DNA of 64,000 bases from Camelus ferus (GCF_009834535.1 NC_045696.1:15130001-15194000), one strand, 5' to 3'; positions 1-13,641 are shown, counted from the first letter of the stretch. A program made the numbers and translations. Notes: a model not told the origin generated them from the letters alone.

Positions 1-1119
1 CCTTCTGCCTACTTTAGAATAACACTTTCTTGAAACTGCATTTCTAAATGTGAGAAAAATACCAATAACCTGTTAATAATTTTAAAATTCAGTATTTATT
101 TTGGAACTTGTTGAAAGATTTGAAAATATCTAAGATTAGTGCTTTTCAACGCATATTTTACCTTATGTTTATTATACATTAGTAGGCTAATATAAAAATG
201 GATGAATCTTCTTATAACTTGATTATAACAATTGGTTTACATTTACTTAATTCCAAAAATCCTTCATAAACTAGACCATTATTTGAAGGCATTTGTAAAT
301 TTTATTTTGATTGGGGAAGAATCTGAACAAAGCATATCAGAACAGCAATAGATACCCTAATTTCTTTATTTACAAATGGAACAAAAATATTTTGCTTTTA
401 CATAATTGACTCTAGAAATATGACTCCCAGTGGTTTGTAAAGAATTTTATTTATGACACATTCGATTAGAGTATGTCTCCAAGTGCTTTCACTCCTATTT
501 ATATTTTTCAATTCCCTACTCCTTGAGGATCTTATTTATTTTTCTCCATATCAGTTTTTAGCTTGGTCCATATAACTATGATTGAGAAAACAATGTCACT
601 GCCCAATGATGCTGGGGTAAAATTTTTTATTTCCATAGCCTGCCTAATGTCTTGATGTTGTTATTTATGACATTTGCAATGCCTGTATTGTAATCACTGG
701 TATTAATGCTTTGCATTCAGCCCCCATGGTATACACTCAGTAATCTGTTCCATCAGTTCTAAGATAGAACACTTGCTGTCTGCTGTTTTCATTTCCAGCT
801 GTGTGTGGGCAACTGGCCACATTCTTTTCCTATTCGTATAAACAGACTATTACAATTATGTAAACAGTTTAACTTTTAAATGCTGATTGTATTTCATGAG
901 ATCTATTTACTTGACTCATAATCTTAAAGGCATCAAAATTTGAAAGAAAATTAGATTAGAGAACTATTCTAAGATTGGGTAACAATATATAGACCTAATT
1001 TTATGCAAAAAAGTGGAACCACAAATCATTTTTTCAATAAGGAAAGCCTGAGGAAGTATGAAACAGTTTCATTTACAACTGAGCCATTTCCATGGGAGTC
1101 ATGGTCTGATAGATCAAAT

Positions 1120-1255
1120 AGTTTTGGATTTGCAAATGGTAACTGCTATATATAAAAATCGATTAAAAAATAAAGTTCTTCTGTATAGCACAGGAAACTA
1201 TATTCAATATTTTGTAACAACCTTTAATGAAAAAGAATATGAAAATGAAAAAAAA
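1120..1255 (+). mobile_element. L1 3'UTR fragment ending in an A-run
   Basis: ctgtatagcacaggaaactatattcaatattttgtaacaacc matches the L1 3'UTR also seen at about 17095. Confidence 0.7.
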
Positions 1256-1769
1256 TGATGTAATCTAGGGTAAATGTTTAAGGACTCATTATAGAATTTA
1301 TGTGAATGTATCCATTGTCTGATTTTCTGGGTTTAAACAATATTTAAGCAAAGCAGTAAGATGACATCTAGATTTTTTAATTTTGGAAGAAGTAGAAAGT
1401 CCCTCTTCCTTGTCATATATGGGTTTACCTTACAGGGGGACGGTGTTTTTTAACTCATCTCATTCACTTGGCCAAACTCGGGATTGATATGAAAGGAATA
1501 AGATGTTTGTTTGCAGAAGAGAACAGTCTGTCCAATGAATGGAATCAAGGTGAAAGTCATTTAGAGTAAGCCAAAGGTTTTATTAACTTTTTATTAGTTA
1601 TTAGTAATGTGTGCTCAAATTCTTGATGAAGAAATAATACCTTAGAATAAGTCCTTTTAATTCAAATGATTAATTAGTGTTATGTGTATCTAATTGTTTT
1701 CAAATAATTTGAAATCATATTTATATATGAAAATTCAAATAAGAAATTTACTCACAATAATTATATACT

Positions 1770-2060
1770 TAGAGTACCATGGGGTTGGAAAGAATCTTAG
1801 ATATCATACAGAGCACCTTTTCCTCAACTAGGGCATCTTTTATGTTGTGTCTCCCATGTGGAATCATGCAGGTCCTTTGGATACTCCAGCCAGGAAAGAT
1901 TTCACTGTGAGGGCAGGGCTACAAAATCCATTTCTGAACAATGCTGTCCACCATATAGATTTGCTTCATAAAATCTGTTCTTTCTCAATTATCACTAGAT
2001 TTACCTTGTTCTATCTTCCAACAGTTTACAGGAAAATTTTATCTCAAAAATACAGTATGT
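1770..2060 (-). mobile_element. Degraded CR1/L3 (or MIR-like) LINE 3' end
   Basis: gggttggaaagaatcttagatatcat start and weak resemblance downstream to the L3 copy at 43.1-43.7 kb. Confidence 0.4.
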
Positions 2061-2489
2061 TTTTATCACTAACCTAACGCCTTCATCCTTTATTTGACTT
2101 TATGTCCACGGAGGGCAGAACCACTTCTTTGCCATCCTATTGCCATGACCAGGCTGATAGACTTTCAGTTATTTGCTGAACTGAAATGAAAGACAGTTCT
2201 TTACATAATACTCTAATGTTATTGTCATAACCACGTAACTACATACTGTCATAAAGTATGAAAACCGTTTATTATCATTAACTATATTTTTCAAAATTCT
2301 GTTTTGATGTGAGAGTAAACCTCTTTCTCCCTTTCTCTCCTTTGAATTTGATGCCATAAATCTTATTTGTATTAATTGTGCCTTCCAGTTGCTAAACTAT
2401 TCATATAGTTTGAGATGTTCTTAATTTTATCTTTTATTTAACTAAAGTTAAGTTATCTTTGGGAAACAGAGAGCTTTACTCAATGTTAA

Positions 2490-2797
2490 AGTTGTGCTGG
2501 CTGATCCAGTAACCACTAGGCATATGGGCATACTGAGCACTTGAAATGCAGCTATTTCAAATTGAAATGTGTAGTAGGAGTAAAATGCACACCAGTTGTG
2601 AAGACTCAGAACACACACACACAAAAAATGCATAATATCTCATCAATTTACATTGATTAATGTTCAAATAAAAATTTATTGGACATACTACATAAATTCA
2701 ATATATTATTGAAAGTGTTTATTTTTCCCTTTATAATGTGGCAATTAGAAAAGATAAAATTAAATATTACATTTTTATTAGATAATTCTACTCTGGA
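2490..2797. mobile_element. MER33/MER3-like hAT-Charlie MITE
   Basis: ccactaggcatatgggcatactgagcacttgaaatgcagct...gtaaaatgcacaccag; about 300 bp. Confidence 0.75.
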
Positions 2798-4380
2798 AGA
2801 GTTATTGACAACACTTAACATGGAGAAATTGTCATGATGTTTGTTGGCTTACAATAAATAATGCTGTTAAGAATTGTTAATAACCTTCGTTGTATGTTAA
2901 CTCAAAGGATGTCTTTTCTCTGATAATCTAAGATTGCTTACCATAGTGCTAGGATCTGCATTAAGCTTTTTTGTTGAAGACGAAGTTCTTAAATTTCCTC
3001 TCTGATTTTAATCAGTCTTTTATTAAAGAAAAGTGGATAGAAACACTGTGCAAGCCTGTTTTTCCTTCTGTTGCATTCAGCATTATTACCAGCCATTCAT
3101 TTCTTTGAATGATATTCATAGCTATGTTATCTGATAACATTATTTTTTAAATGCAAAATATATTGTATCTAGCACATATCTTAATTCCATCATGTGATTA
3201 TATTAAGTATCATTTATTAGGACATGATTGGTAGGAAATAAAATATTGCCACTATGGAAGAAAATGCACATCTTTCCTGTTTTAATAGCCGGCATTTAAA
3301 GAACTACATTGAAGGTCAATGTTAAATCTATTACTATTGCAAGGGCAGTGTGAAAGCTGAATAGTACTAGTTTGCCAATATTCTGTCTGGGTTCTATTAA
3401 ATGGGATTTCAAATGACCTCGCTGTGTCAGCCACTTCTAGAAAATAGGCAGAAATTCTTAAATGCACTTAATATTTAGTTTCCAACTATCATTTTAGAAG
3501 AACCATATCTTCAGTTCTGAGTTTTCTGGCTCCCAAGTTAAGCAAGAATAATAAAGTATCATTGCCAAACTGAATTCTTTTAAAATTTCAACAATACAAC
3601 AAACATTTTCTTTTAGGGAATCATGATCTGCAAGGAGAAGCAAAGCCCTAAGGCTTGACTCTGTCATGTAATTACTGCCTGGGACAGAATTACACTTTTG
3701 GCTAATTCATGGAGTTCTTTCCAACTCAACACAAACAGTTAGATAAACACCTTCAGCAAAAATTGAAACAAAATACATTGTGAACATGTAGCAAGGATAT
3801 ATTTATTCTAGCAAGTAGCTAGAATAGTTGTCAATATACCTCCATTTAATCATGAGAACTTAGTAAATTCAGATCAAGGGAAAGTCTTCTTGTGATGACA
3901 TTTTAGGACATACTGTCAGCATACAGCATTAGCAAAGTGGCGACACAGCAGATGTTTGAAGGAAAGATTATTTATACTCTGTGCTATCAGTAGTAGCCCC
4001 TTTAAATAAGATTTCTCTCTTTTTTTTCTCTCTCTTTATTCTTACTATTTCCAAAATAAAATTTTATTTTATTTGTGTGTTCTGGTTATTTCTCATTCCC
4101 ATTACTCTTTCACTTTATTTGAATTTTCAAAAGATTTAACTTTCAATAAGTCAAGGCTTCCCTATATTTCCCTTCACACTTACTTAACTTATTGGTGTCC
4201 ACCACATCCACACACTTTTATTCCTAGAATGTTTTTCTTTTCCTAGAAGTCACTCTATAATTTCATATAACTTGACTTAAGAAAATATTACTACAGGACC
4301 CTAAAATATAGCAGCTGAGAAAAAGAGGTGTAAAAACATTGTGAGAAACCACATAGTAAAAATTGTGGTTATATATTTAG

Positions 4381-4382
<2 letters not shown>

Positions 4383-4417
<35 letters not shown>
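4383..4417. repeat. (AC)17 microsatellite
   Basis: Read directly from the sequence. Confidence 0.98.
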
Positions 4418-4420
<3 letters not shown>

Positions 4421-4654
4421 CTGTGGAGGACCTTTCAATCACTTTTTTTACCAAGTGTGAGATGTACATATTTGGGGATAAATAAGGTTATGAATATATG
4501 GAATGACACATGAATAGATGAATTTTCAAAATTGAAAAGCATAGCAATAATGGAACAAGTATTATGTAAATATTCATTGGGAAGTTCAATTTTAAATTTA
4601 TCACCCCTTCATAATAGTAGCTATTTCAATATGGGAATCAACTCCTTTAAAAAA

Positions 4655-7193
4655 AAAAACCTAAAAATTTCTAGAGCTCATAAGTGTTTTCAGTAAATTT
4701 TCAGAATATAAAATTAATATACAGAAATCTGTTGTATTTCTATATACTATCAATGAACTCTAAGAGAAATTAAGGAACTGATCCCATTTACAATTGCATC
4801 AAAAAGTTTAAAATACTTAGGAATAAATCTACCTGCACAGGTTAAAAAGCTCGTACTGAGAAAATTATAAGACACTGATGAAAGAAATTGATGACTACAC
4901 AGACAGAAAGATACACCATGTTCATGGACTGGAAGAATCAATATTGTTAAAACAATCATACTAATAAAGGCAAACTACACACTGCACACAATCCCTGTCA
5001 AAATACCAAGGACATTTTTCACAGAACTAGAACAAATGATTTTAAAATTTGTATGGAAACACAAAAGACTGAATAGCCAGAACGATTTTGAGAAAGAGGA
5101 ATATGGCTGGAGTTATCACATTCCCTGAATTCAGCCTATACTACAAAGCTACAGTAATCAAAACAAGTATGTACTGGCACAAAAACAGACACACAGACCA
5201 TTGGATAGAACAGAGAGAATAGAGAGGCCAGACTAAACCCACACACATATGGTCAATTAATCTATGATGAAGAGGGCAAGAATATACAATGGAGAAAAGA
5301 CAGTCTCTTCAATAAGTGGTGCTGGGAAAACCGGTGGAAAGATGAAATAAGAACATTCTCTAACACTACATACAAAAAATAAACTCAAAATGGATTAAAG
5401 ACCTAGATGTAAGACCTGAAACCATAATACCTTTAGAAGAAAACATAAGCAGTACACTCTTTGACATAAGACTTAGCAATGTTTTTGGATCTGTCCCCCT
5501 AGGCAAGAGAAATAAAAGTAAAAAATAAACAAATGGGACCTAATCAAATTTAAAAGCTTTTGCACAGCAAAGGAAATCATCAACAAAATTAAACAACAAC
5601 CTACTGAATGGGAGAAAATATTCACAAATAATATGACTGATAAGGGGTTAATATCCAAAATATATAAACAGCCTGTACAGCTCAACATAAAAAAAAAGCT
5701 ATTAAAATGTGCTGAAGATCACCTAAATAGACATTTTTTCCAAAGAAGATATACAGTTGGCCAACAGGCAGAAGAAAAAATACTCAAATTGCTAATAAGA
5801 CAAATACAAATTAAAACCACAATGAGATATCACCTCACATCTGTCAGAATGGCTATCAGAAAAGACCACAAATATCAAATGTTGGCAAGGATTTGTGGAA
5901 AAGGGAAACCTTGTACATTGTTGGTGGGAATGTAAGCTGTTGCAGCCACTATGGAAAACAGTATGGAAGTTTCTAAAAAAAAAAAAAACAACTAAAAATA
6001 GATATGATCCAGCAATTCCACTCTTGGGTATACATCCTAAAAAAATGAAAACAATAATTTGAAAAGATATATGCACGTGATGTTCACTGAAGCATAATTT
6101 CCAATTGCCAAGATATGGAAGCAACCCAAGTGTCCATCAATAGATGAATGTTGCTTGCAAGTTTGCTAAGCTAAAGGAGAAGATTGTCATTCTGGTAAAA
6201 AGCTAGTAAGTGGCTCAAGTTCTTAAAATCTGGTGATGCTGCCATCATTGACATGGTTCCTAGAAGGCCCATGTGTGTTGAGACTCTATCTTCCTCTGGG
6301 CCATTTTGCTGTTCATGACATGGGACAGATGTTTGCTGTGGGTGTCATAAAGGCAGTGGATAAGAAGGCAGCTAGACCTGGCAAGGTCACCAAGTGTGCC
6401 CAGAAGGCTAAATTAAAATTATCCCCTATACCTGCCACCCCAGTCTTAATCAGTGGTGGGAAAACAGTCTCAGAACTGTTTGTCTCAATTGGCCATTTAA
6501 GTTTAATAGTAAAAATCTAGTTAATGATAACAATGTATTGTAAAACCTTCAGAAGGAAAGGAGAATTTTTGTGAATCATTTGTTTTGTTTGGGGGAGTTT
6601 TAAGTTATTAATTTTTAAAAACAGTACTTTTTCATGGAAACAACTTGACCAAAAATCTGTCATAGAATTTTAAGACCCAGTAATACAAAGTTTAATGAGA
6701 AAAAAAAAAACAGATGAAGGGATAAAGAAGATGTATGAATATATAATGGAATACTACTCAGCCATAAAAAAGAATGCAATTTTGCCATTTGCAACAACAT
6801 GGATGGACTTGGAAGGCATTATGCTAAGTGAAATAAGTCAGACAGAGAAAGACAAATACTGTATGATATCACTTAATATGTGTAATCTAAAAAATAAACT
6901 AGAAAATATAACAAAAAAAAAGAAGCAGATTCACAGATTTAGACAACAATCTAGTGGTTACCAATGGGGAATGGGAAGTGGATAGGGGCAAGATAGAGGC
7001 AGAGGATTAAGAGGTGCAAACTACTATGTTTAAAACAAATAACCTACAATGACATATGGTACAACACAGGGAATACAGCCAAAATTTTAGAATAACTATG
7101 AATGGAATATAACCTTTAAAATTATAAATAACTTTGTTATATACCCAAGATGTATTATTGTACATTAACAATATCTCAAATTAAAAAAAAAAA
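4655..7193 (+). mobile_element. 5'-truncated L1 (ORF2 3' half, 3'UTR, poly(A)), disrupted, interrupted at 6151-6710
   Basis: ORF2 peptides [20 protein letters not shown] and EYYSAIKKN..FATTWMDLEGIMLSEISQTEKDKYCMISL; frameshifts; terminal A-run at 7183-7193. Confidence 0.95.
6151..6710 (+). pseudogene. EEF1A1: 5'-truncated processed pseudogene of EEF1A1 (C-terminal coding part, 3'UTR, poly(A))
   Basis: [38 protein letters not shown] matches the eEF1A1 C-terminus; 3'UTR atacctgccaccccagtcttaatcagtggtgg...aacaacttgaccaaaaat; A-tail at 6700-6710; frameshifts and stops. Confidence 0.95.
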
Positions 7194-7910
7194 CTATATA
7201 TTATTGTCCTCAAGATAAACATTTCATGCATCTGCCAGAACTGTAGTTGCCCATGTCTTGGGTGTTTCTTTAAGATGTCATTATGACAGTTTTGGGTCAA
7301 AGTTTCTAACATTATATATGAAATAACATTTTTTTTTCATTGTCCAAACAGCTGTTGCACTATTCTGATGTTCTTTGGTTATGTTTAGAGAGCTAAAATG
7401 TAATAAAACATTTCTAAACTTCCCCCCTAGATCTGATGTTTGACTTTCCACCACCCATTATTTTATAAATGCTTTTCATCATGCCATTAGCTGCATTTCA
7501 TATCATTATTTTATAAATGCAGATGAACAAAAAGAAAAAAATCCACTGTGCTGTAAGTTCTAACTATAAACAGAAAGCAGAAATCACTTTTATTTTTGCT
7601 CCTAAAGTCTAAACGGCAAGCTTTTGGGAAAACTGGAGCCTTGTCCTAAGGAAAGTAGGTCACCTGCTTGAAAGAATATTTTTGGCACCTGAGGATTTTA
7701 CATCACTTTCTGAGCCTTCCTCCAATAAAGACAATTTTATAGCATGGAATGTTACCCTATAATCTTTAATTATTTTATAGGCTTTGGACATGCCTTTGCA
7801 AACAATTATATAAGCACTATTAGATATACTTAATCCAAGATGGATTCACTAATGCAAAGTAACTTTGGTTTATATTTTTCCTGAATTTCAAGTTCTCCAG
7901 GACTTTTAGA

Positions 7911-7911
<1 letters not shown>

Positions 7912-7961
<50 letters not shown>

Positions 7962-7985
7962 GGTGTGTGTGTGTATGTGTGTGTG
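7912..7985. repeat. Compound (TG)n(AG)n(TG)n microsatellite
   Basis: Read directly from the sequence. Confidence 0.97.
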
Positions 7986-8227
7986 GACAGTGGCTTTTCA
8001 CAATATGGAAGATAGCTGTCACTGGGTATGGCTTTTTAAAAATTTGCCTAGCCTTTGCATTAAACGAGGTTCCCAATAGCTACTGTATTTAACAAGGTTT
8101 TCCCTAATTTAAATCATTCACTAAGAAAGAAATTTTCAGAAGCATATCCAGTATGCCTTCATTAACAGATGTTTTCTCTCTGGAAACAAGAAAATGCCAC
8201 TATATTGTAAATTGGGATTAATAATTA

Positions 8228-8248
8228 GGATGGATGGATGGATGGATG

Positions 8249-8282
<34 letters not shown>

Positions 8283-8283
8283 T
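8228..8283. repeat. Compound tetranucleotide (GGAT)6(AGAT)3(AGAC)4(AGAT)
   Basis: Read directly from the sequence. Confidence 0.97.
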
Positions 8284-8708
8284 TCTTTATATTTGTAAAA
8301 CATATGTGGAATACAGATTTCCTTAAGGAATTCTCTCAGGATATAATTTACAGTTATACTGAAGGTATAAAGAAATCACATCAATTTACAACTTGCATAT
8401 TTTGCAAAACACTGGAATTTAGAAGAGTCAATTGAGAAAAATAGGAATCATTTTAGCTAACTAATTGTGTGCCTAACTCAGCCAAAACTTAATTAACATT
8501 TGCTAAATTGAATTAACAGTAAGTGAATCTATGTTATGTGAAATCTTGAAAGAGGTCTTTCTTTTTTGTGTGAGGTCAATCTTATTTCCACTACAACATC
8601 GCAAGCCATCTCTCTTTCTCCTAAAAGAGAACATCAGGATTGTTTGTTTCAGTCAGAAACACACACACACATTTTTTAAATGACTGCTTACAATGCCATC
8701 TGACACAA

Positions 8709-8973
8709 TGCTATAAACTAAATATTTGTGTCCTCCCAAAATTCACATGGTGAAATCTAGTTCCTACTGTGATGGTATTTGAAGGCAGGAACTTGGAGGG
8801 GGTCAGAAGGTCATGAGGGCAAAGCCTTCATAGATGGAATTAGTGCCTTTATAAAGGGGACTCCAGAGACCTCCCTCTCCCAGTTCCTCCAGAATATGAG
8901 AAACAAATTTCTGTTTTTTATAAGCCACCCATTTTATGGTAGTTTCTTATAGCATCTGGAATTGACTAAGACA
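8709..8973 (+). mobile_element. MLT1A-type MaLR solo LTR, internally deleted
   Basis: tgctat...gtgtcctcccaaaattcac start; ataagccacccattttatggtagtttcttatagca..gactaagaca end; 5-bp TSD cacaa/cacat. Confidence 0.85.
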
Positions 8974-9854
8974 CACATTAGCACAATACTTTAACGCGAA
9001 CACCAGGATCTTATTGCTAATAGAGAGCCAACTCTCAAACCAAGGTTAATTGTGTTTGGTTTGTTCACCAAAGTTGGACTATTGGAAAAGATTTTAACAA
9101 CAAATATTTCAACTTTGGCTTTATCTAGCTTTAGTTTCCTCTTTCTACAACATGTGGTTTTATAAAGTAAATACATTTTCTAAACTAAACGTGTATTATG
9201 TTTATAAAATATTTTTTAAACTAGGCTAAATGGTTGATTACATTTAAAGTTAAGCATTACCAAGAGAGGCAGTAGTTGGAGTAGAAATACAATTATTTCA
9301 AGTCCTCTGAAAAATAATTAGGGAAGGATAAATAAATGGGATCTTAGACCTGTAACTAATTATTTCCTAATACACCTCCATTAATTTAACATGTTGAAAT
9401 AATTAAATTTAAAAAGTATCATATTGAAAATTTCTGTTTCTAAACTTGAATACAAATTGATCCTATATTTTTCCAATTTTTTTTTCTTGAAAGGTTTGTA
9501 GTTTGCATTGTACTTATATATGCTTACTTGGTCAAATTCCTTTCTTTTTTTTTTTTTTTTTTACTAACACACTCCTCTAATCTGCCATCCAAGTAATACA
9601 AGCAGCCGTTCGTTGTACCTTCATTCCTTCATCTATTCATTTGTTTGGTTGTTCAGGTAGCTAATATTTATTGAGTGCTTAATGTGTGCCATACTGTAGA
9701 CCATTGTTTGTTAGCCAGAATCGATCTATAAGTGATCATAGACTATTTGTTATTGTTATTAAATTTATCAGATTAATTTTAAGAACAGTTTATGACAATT
9801 TTATAAAATTTTGCATCATCAAAATTAATGAGAAATTTAATATTTTTAAAGTTT

Positions 9855-10098
9855 TAATACCATGTGCATGCCGAAACAGTTAGGGATAAACTATACTGAT
9901 GGCTCCACTTTTTTATGCATTTCAAAGTCAGGTTGATGGATATAAAGAGGGATGGATACATCAATAATTATGTGATAAAGCAAGTGCAGTAAATGGTTCA
10001 TTGTAGAACCTAGGTTGTGTATTGTTACCTGTGATTTCACAATAAATTTCTTCCATCTTTTTTGTTTGAAAATGTGCATGATAAAATGTTAGAAAAAG
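9855..10098 (+). mobile_element. Old L1 (L1ME-like) 3'UTR fragment
   Basis: gatggatacatcaataattatgtgataaagcaagtgcagtaaatgg...tttgaaaatgtgcatgataaaatgtt. Confidence 0.6.
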
Positions 10099-10923
10099 CA
10101 GGAATTCTATGCTCTATATATTGAACATTAATGATTGTAATTCAGTTGTTTCAAAGAAAGAAAATTCTTCATATGCATAAGAATTCATGAGGCAGAAAAA
10201 CTTCAGGAAAAGCTGGATTTACACAAAGTGTATCTGAATGTGGCTGTGATTTCAAAATCATCATTATGAAAAATAATGTGAATTCTGTCTATGGGTTTTT
10301 GGACCAGAACTGCACCATCTACCTCAGGAACAGCCAATTTCTAGGCCAGTCACTAATTTCAGACACCAGTGGAAGAGAAGAGGTAGCAGTGAGCCTCTCT
10401 CTGTTGAACTTCATTGGAAACCACAGCAAAACAGCGGAAGAATGAGTTAGCATGGGGGTAGACTTGAAGTAAAGAAAAAGCCAAGGACAGTTCGTGGCAG
10501 TGAACAGTCACCCCTGCCATGTGGAACTTACAATTCAACATGGAAGGCATAGTCATTAAACAAATACTAAAACTATAAGAATCGTGGCAGGTAGCATTCA
10601 CTGAGATGAGGGAAAATTGCAGGTTTTATAGGAAAGTAAAATAAGGAAGATCAAATTAGACTGGGACTTCAAAAAAGGTCTCAAGATGAAAATAATTTGC
10701 CCTTGGGCTCTGTTAGTGGGCAATTCACGGCACTGAATTTCTCCTGCAGCTCATCTCTGCTGAGAGCAGTTGATAATTCCAGTCCTCTTCCCCTGTACTC
10801 TGCTGCCTCCCCCACCCGCCACTACCTTGTATTTTTCTCACTGGAAAACACATAAAGTTTAACAACCATTCCAAGTTTCCAAGTTACATAAAAATGTGCT
10901 ATACAATAGATTTACAAAGCAAC

Positions 10924-11446
10924 TGTAGTAGGGAAGAACAAATCTGACTCCATGTTAGATCTGTTCCTTTAGCGCTAACCCTGTGCTCTGTTTCCTGTGC
11001 TTAGTCATGCTGGTTCTGCACCTTTTGTGAAAGAATGTTGCTTAGAGCCTGAAATATCCAGGATAGCCTAATTTGCAAGGCTCTGACCTTTAAGAGTATA
11101 ACATTTTCCCATTCACATAAAGATAAAAAGTTGCAGAATAGAAAATAACATTTGTCTTGTTGGAGGTTGACGGGGACACTGTGACCCGACCTATGTGTAC
11201 AGCTGCAAGAACAAAGGATTTGAAAACCAAGAAGTTTGCAACAAGCAACCTCACTCCCTCCCCTTTTTAGTATAAAAGGAGCCTAACTTCTGGCTTGGGG
11301 AAAATGGTTCTCCAGGACACTAGTCTGCTGTCTTCTCGGTCTGCTGGCTTTCCAAATAAAGTCCTTATTCCTTGCCCCAGTACATCGTCTCCCAATTTAT
11401 TGGCCTGTCGTGTGCAGGGAACAGAACAAATTTGGACTTGGTAACA
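10924..11446 (+). mobile_element. ERV1-class solo LTR (523 bp), intact termini
   Basis: TG...CA ends, perfect 4-bp TSD caac (10920-10923 and 11447-11450), TATAAAA at 11271, AATAAA at 11355. Confidence 0.9.
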
Positions 11447-13456
11447 CAACTACTTATCAAATTGCTTTTTCTAATGGAGTCAAGAGTTTTCGACCCTTTC
11501 TGCACACAAGTTTTGCTTAAGATCTTGTGTCCACATAGTATGAATTAATAATAATATTGAGACAGCAGTATTATCTAAAGCTAAGGAACAGGACTGAAGT
11601 ATTTTTCTGTTGACAAAGCATTTAAAAATGCCAACTATCTACCTACCTAAATAACACAACTTTAAGTGTTTAAAATGTTTTCTTTTGAGAAGTGGGCATT
11701 CATGACAAACCCTTGCATTTGCATAATGTGCTCAAAAAACATTCCTAAAACCACATTCACCCGAACATAATGTAATACATGTTTTATAAACGACTTTTTA
11801 CAGACGCATTTAGTTTTTGTTACACCCTTTGGGGAGTTAACTGAGAAAGTGTTCCTGTAACACTCTCAGATGTTTGGGATGCATTTTTTAGAAATTAATA
11901 TCCTATTGGCATATGTGTTCTATTACTTCATATGCTTGCCTAAAACTTCATGACATTTTCAGGGGAAAAAAATAGAAACGAGTGGCCTATCAGCTATGTA
12001 ATATCAAACTGCTCAGTGTTATGAATCTAGGCAAGGAGAACTCTCACAGCATGTCTTAATAGTGAATTACATGCCAAGAGAACAAAATACTTACAGGATT
12101 CAAACAAACTTGAGGTGGGGGGAGGGTGGATTGGTGGACAAAAACCAATGATTTTGTCATATTGCAAACATCGACTAAAAGTCAGAAATATAAAGACAAA
12201 GAGGTGAAGGGTTTCTTGGGCTCTTTCTGTCAGTGAAATCTATGCATTCCAACTTTTTTTTTTTCCTGACAGCAAATATTTTTGCACTACAAGTTACAGA
12301 GCCAGAGTAGAAGATAACTAACTCTTTATATCTGCAAATTCCTAAAACATGGACCAAATCCAGTCCTTTTTTGTGAGGCCTTTGTTATCATGAAAGGATT
12401 TCAACTCACTTGTATTCCTCTTGCAGCAAAAGTCACTTTTGTGGATTCTCTTTTTTCTCCTCTGGAGGAATGTGCACAGTTTGGAACTTCTTGCAAAATC
12501 ACATGTGTGTATTGATAAATATATTCCCCTTTAAATTTGACATATGTTGATAGTTTCCTCCTTTGGCATCAAGTAAAAATAAAAACAGATTTCAATCTCA
12601 ACTTTAGTATAGTTGGCTACAACATTGAAAAACAACTGAATTTAATTAAGCACAAAGCCAATGATTGGAAGACATTTTAGACATGGAGTTTGAATAACTC
12701 CAACTATTTTATAATTCTCAACTCATGTGAACAATATCTATTACAATTACCATTTAATAGCTGTAAATTTAAGGACATGAATGATTCAAGTTACTTTCTC
12801 CAAACATACAGTGTATGGAACCAAGTGAAACTAAAATGTAGCAGTTGGGATTTTAGCAATCTCCTATGGGTAACTGACTATTAGCAAAGGACAGAACAAA
12901 ACAGAGATCTAGACTTTCCCAAAGAGAATCCAAAAGAGAATCAAGACTACAGAAAAAGACTAAAAATTGATGATGTTCTTCCCCTTTCCTGTTTACAAAC
13001 TATTTTTACAAGCAGTGTCTCGATTTGGGAGTGGGAATAAGAATTCATACTGTTTACTACTTCAGACACTAAATAGGAAAGTTGTTAAATGCCTCAAGGG
13101 AAAAACAGCAAGCTTACTCCCAGACACTATACTTCACCAAGTCTTGGTGACAGGATTTGTTAATAATTCCTACAGCAGAATGGAGGTGGGGGCCCCCAAA
13201 TGAAACCAGTATTATGATTTTCACTATGTGATGCTTCAACTCTGAGAGGAAAGTGAGTCTATTAGGATGCCCTAGTCTTTATGTCCAAAATCAACTTTAT
13301 GTATATTCTTTGCTCCCAAATATAGTCATGAAAACAAAGAGAAATAGGAAGGACATAGCAACGGCCTTTCACAGTACTTAGACACTAAGAACTTCCTGAC
13401 TTGGAATGAAAGACAGCTTATACTCCCGGAACCACTCTTTGGGACCCCTGACCAAA

Positions 13457-13641
13457 CCAGGGGTGTGTTCTAACAGTCTCAAATAGCTTGTGAAAGTTGG
13501 TTTTTAAATTTTGAGGAATATCCAAGTCAGTTGGTAGCTTGAAATAGGCCATGTTAGGTGTCTTGACACCATAGAAATTGTGAAATGCTACAAATCAGGG
13601 TCTTTTCTTTTTCAGAGATCCAATCTGTCAGCATACCACTC
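13457..13641 (+). mobile_element. MER63A-like hAT-Blackjack MITE
   Basis: gttggtagcttgaaataggccatg...aaatgctacaaatcaggg...cagcataccact matches recalled MER63. Confidence 0.8.

Noticed and set aside
6233..6520. 95-aa ORF with eEF1A similarity as a functional gene
   Set aside because: It is a frameshifted piece of the truncated retrocopy, lacks the GTPase domain and reads into the 3'UTR.
12088..12190. Possible minus-strand exon with open frames
   Set aside because: Weak donor context (CCT|GTAAGT), unrecognised peptides and no partner exons.
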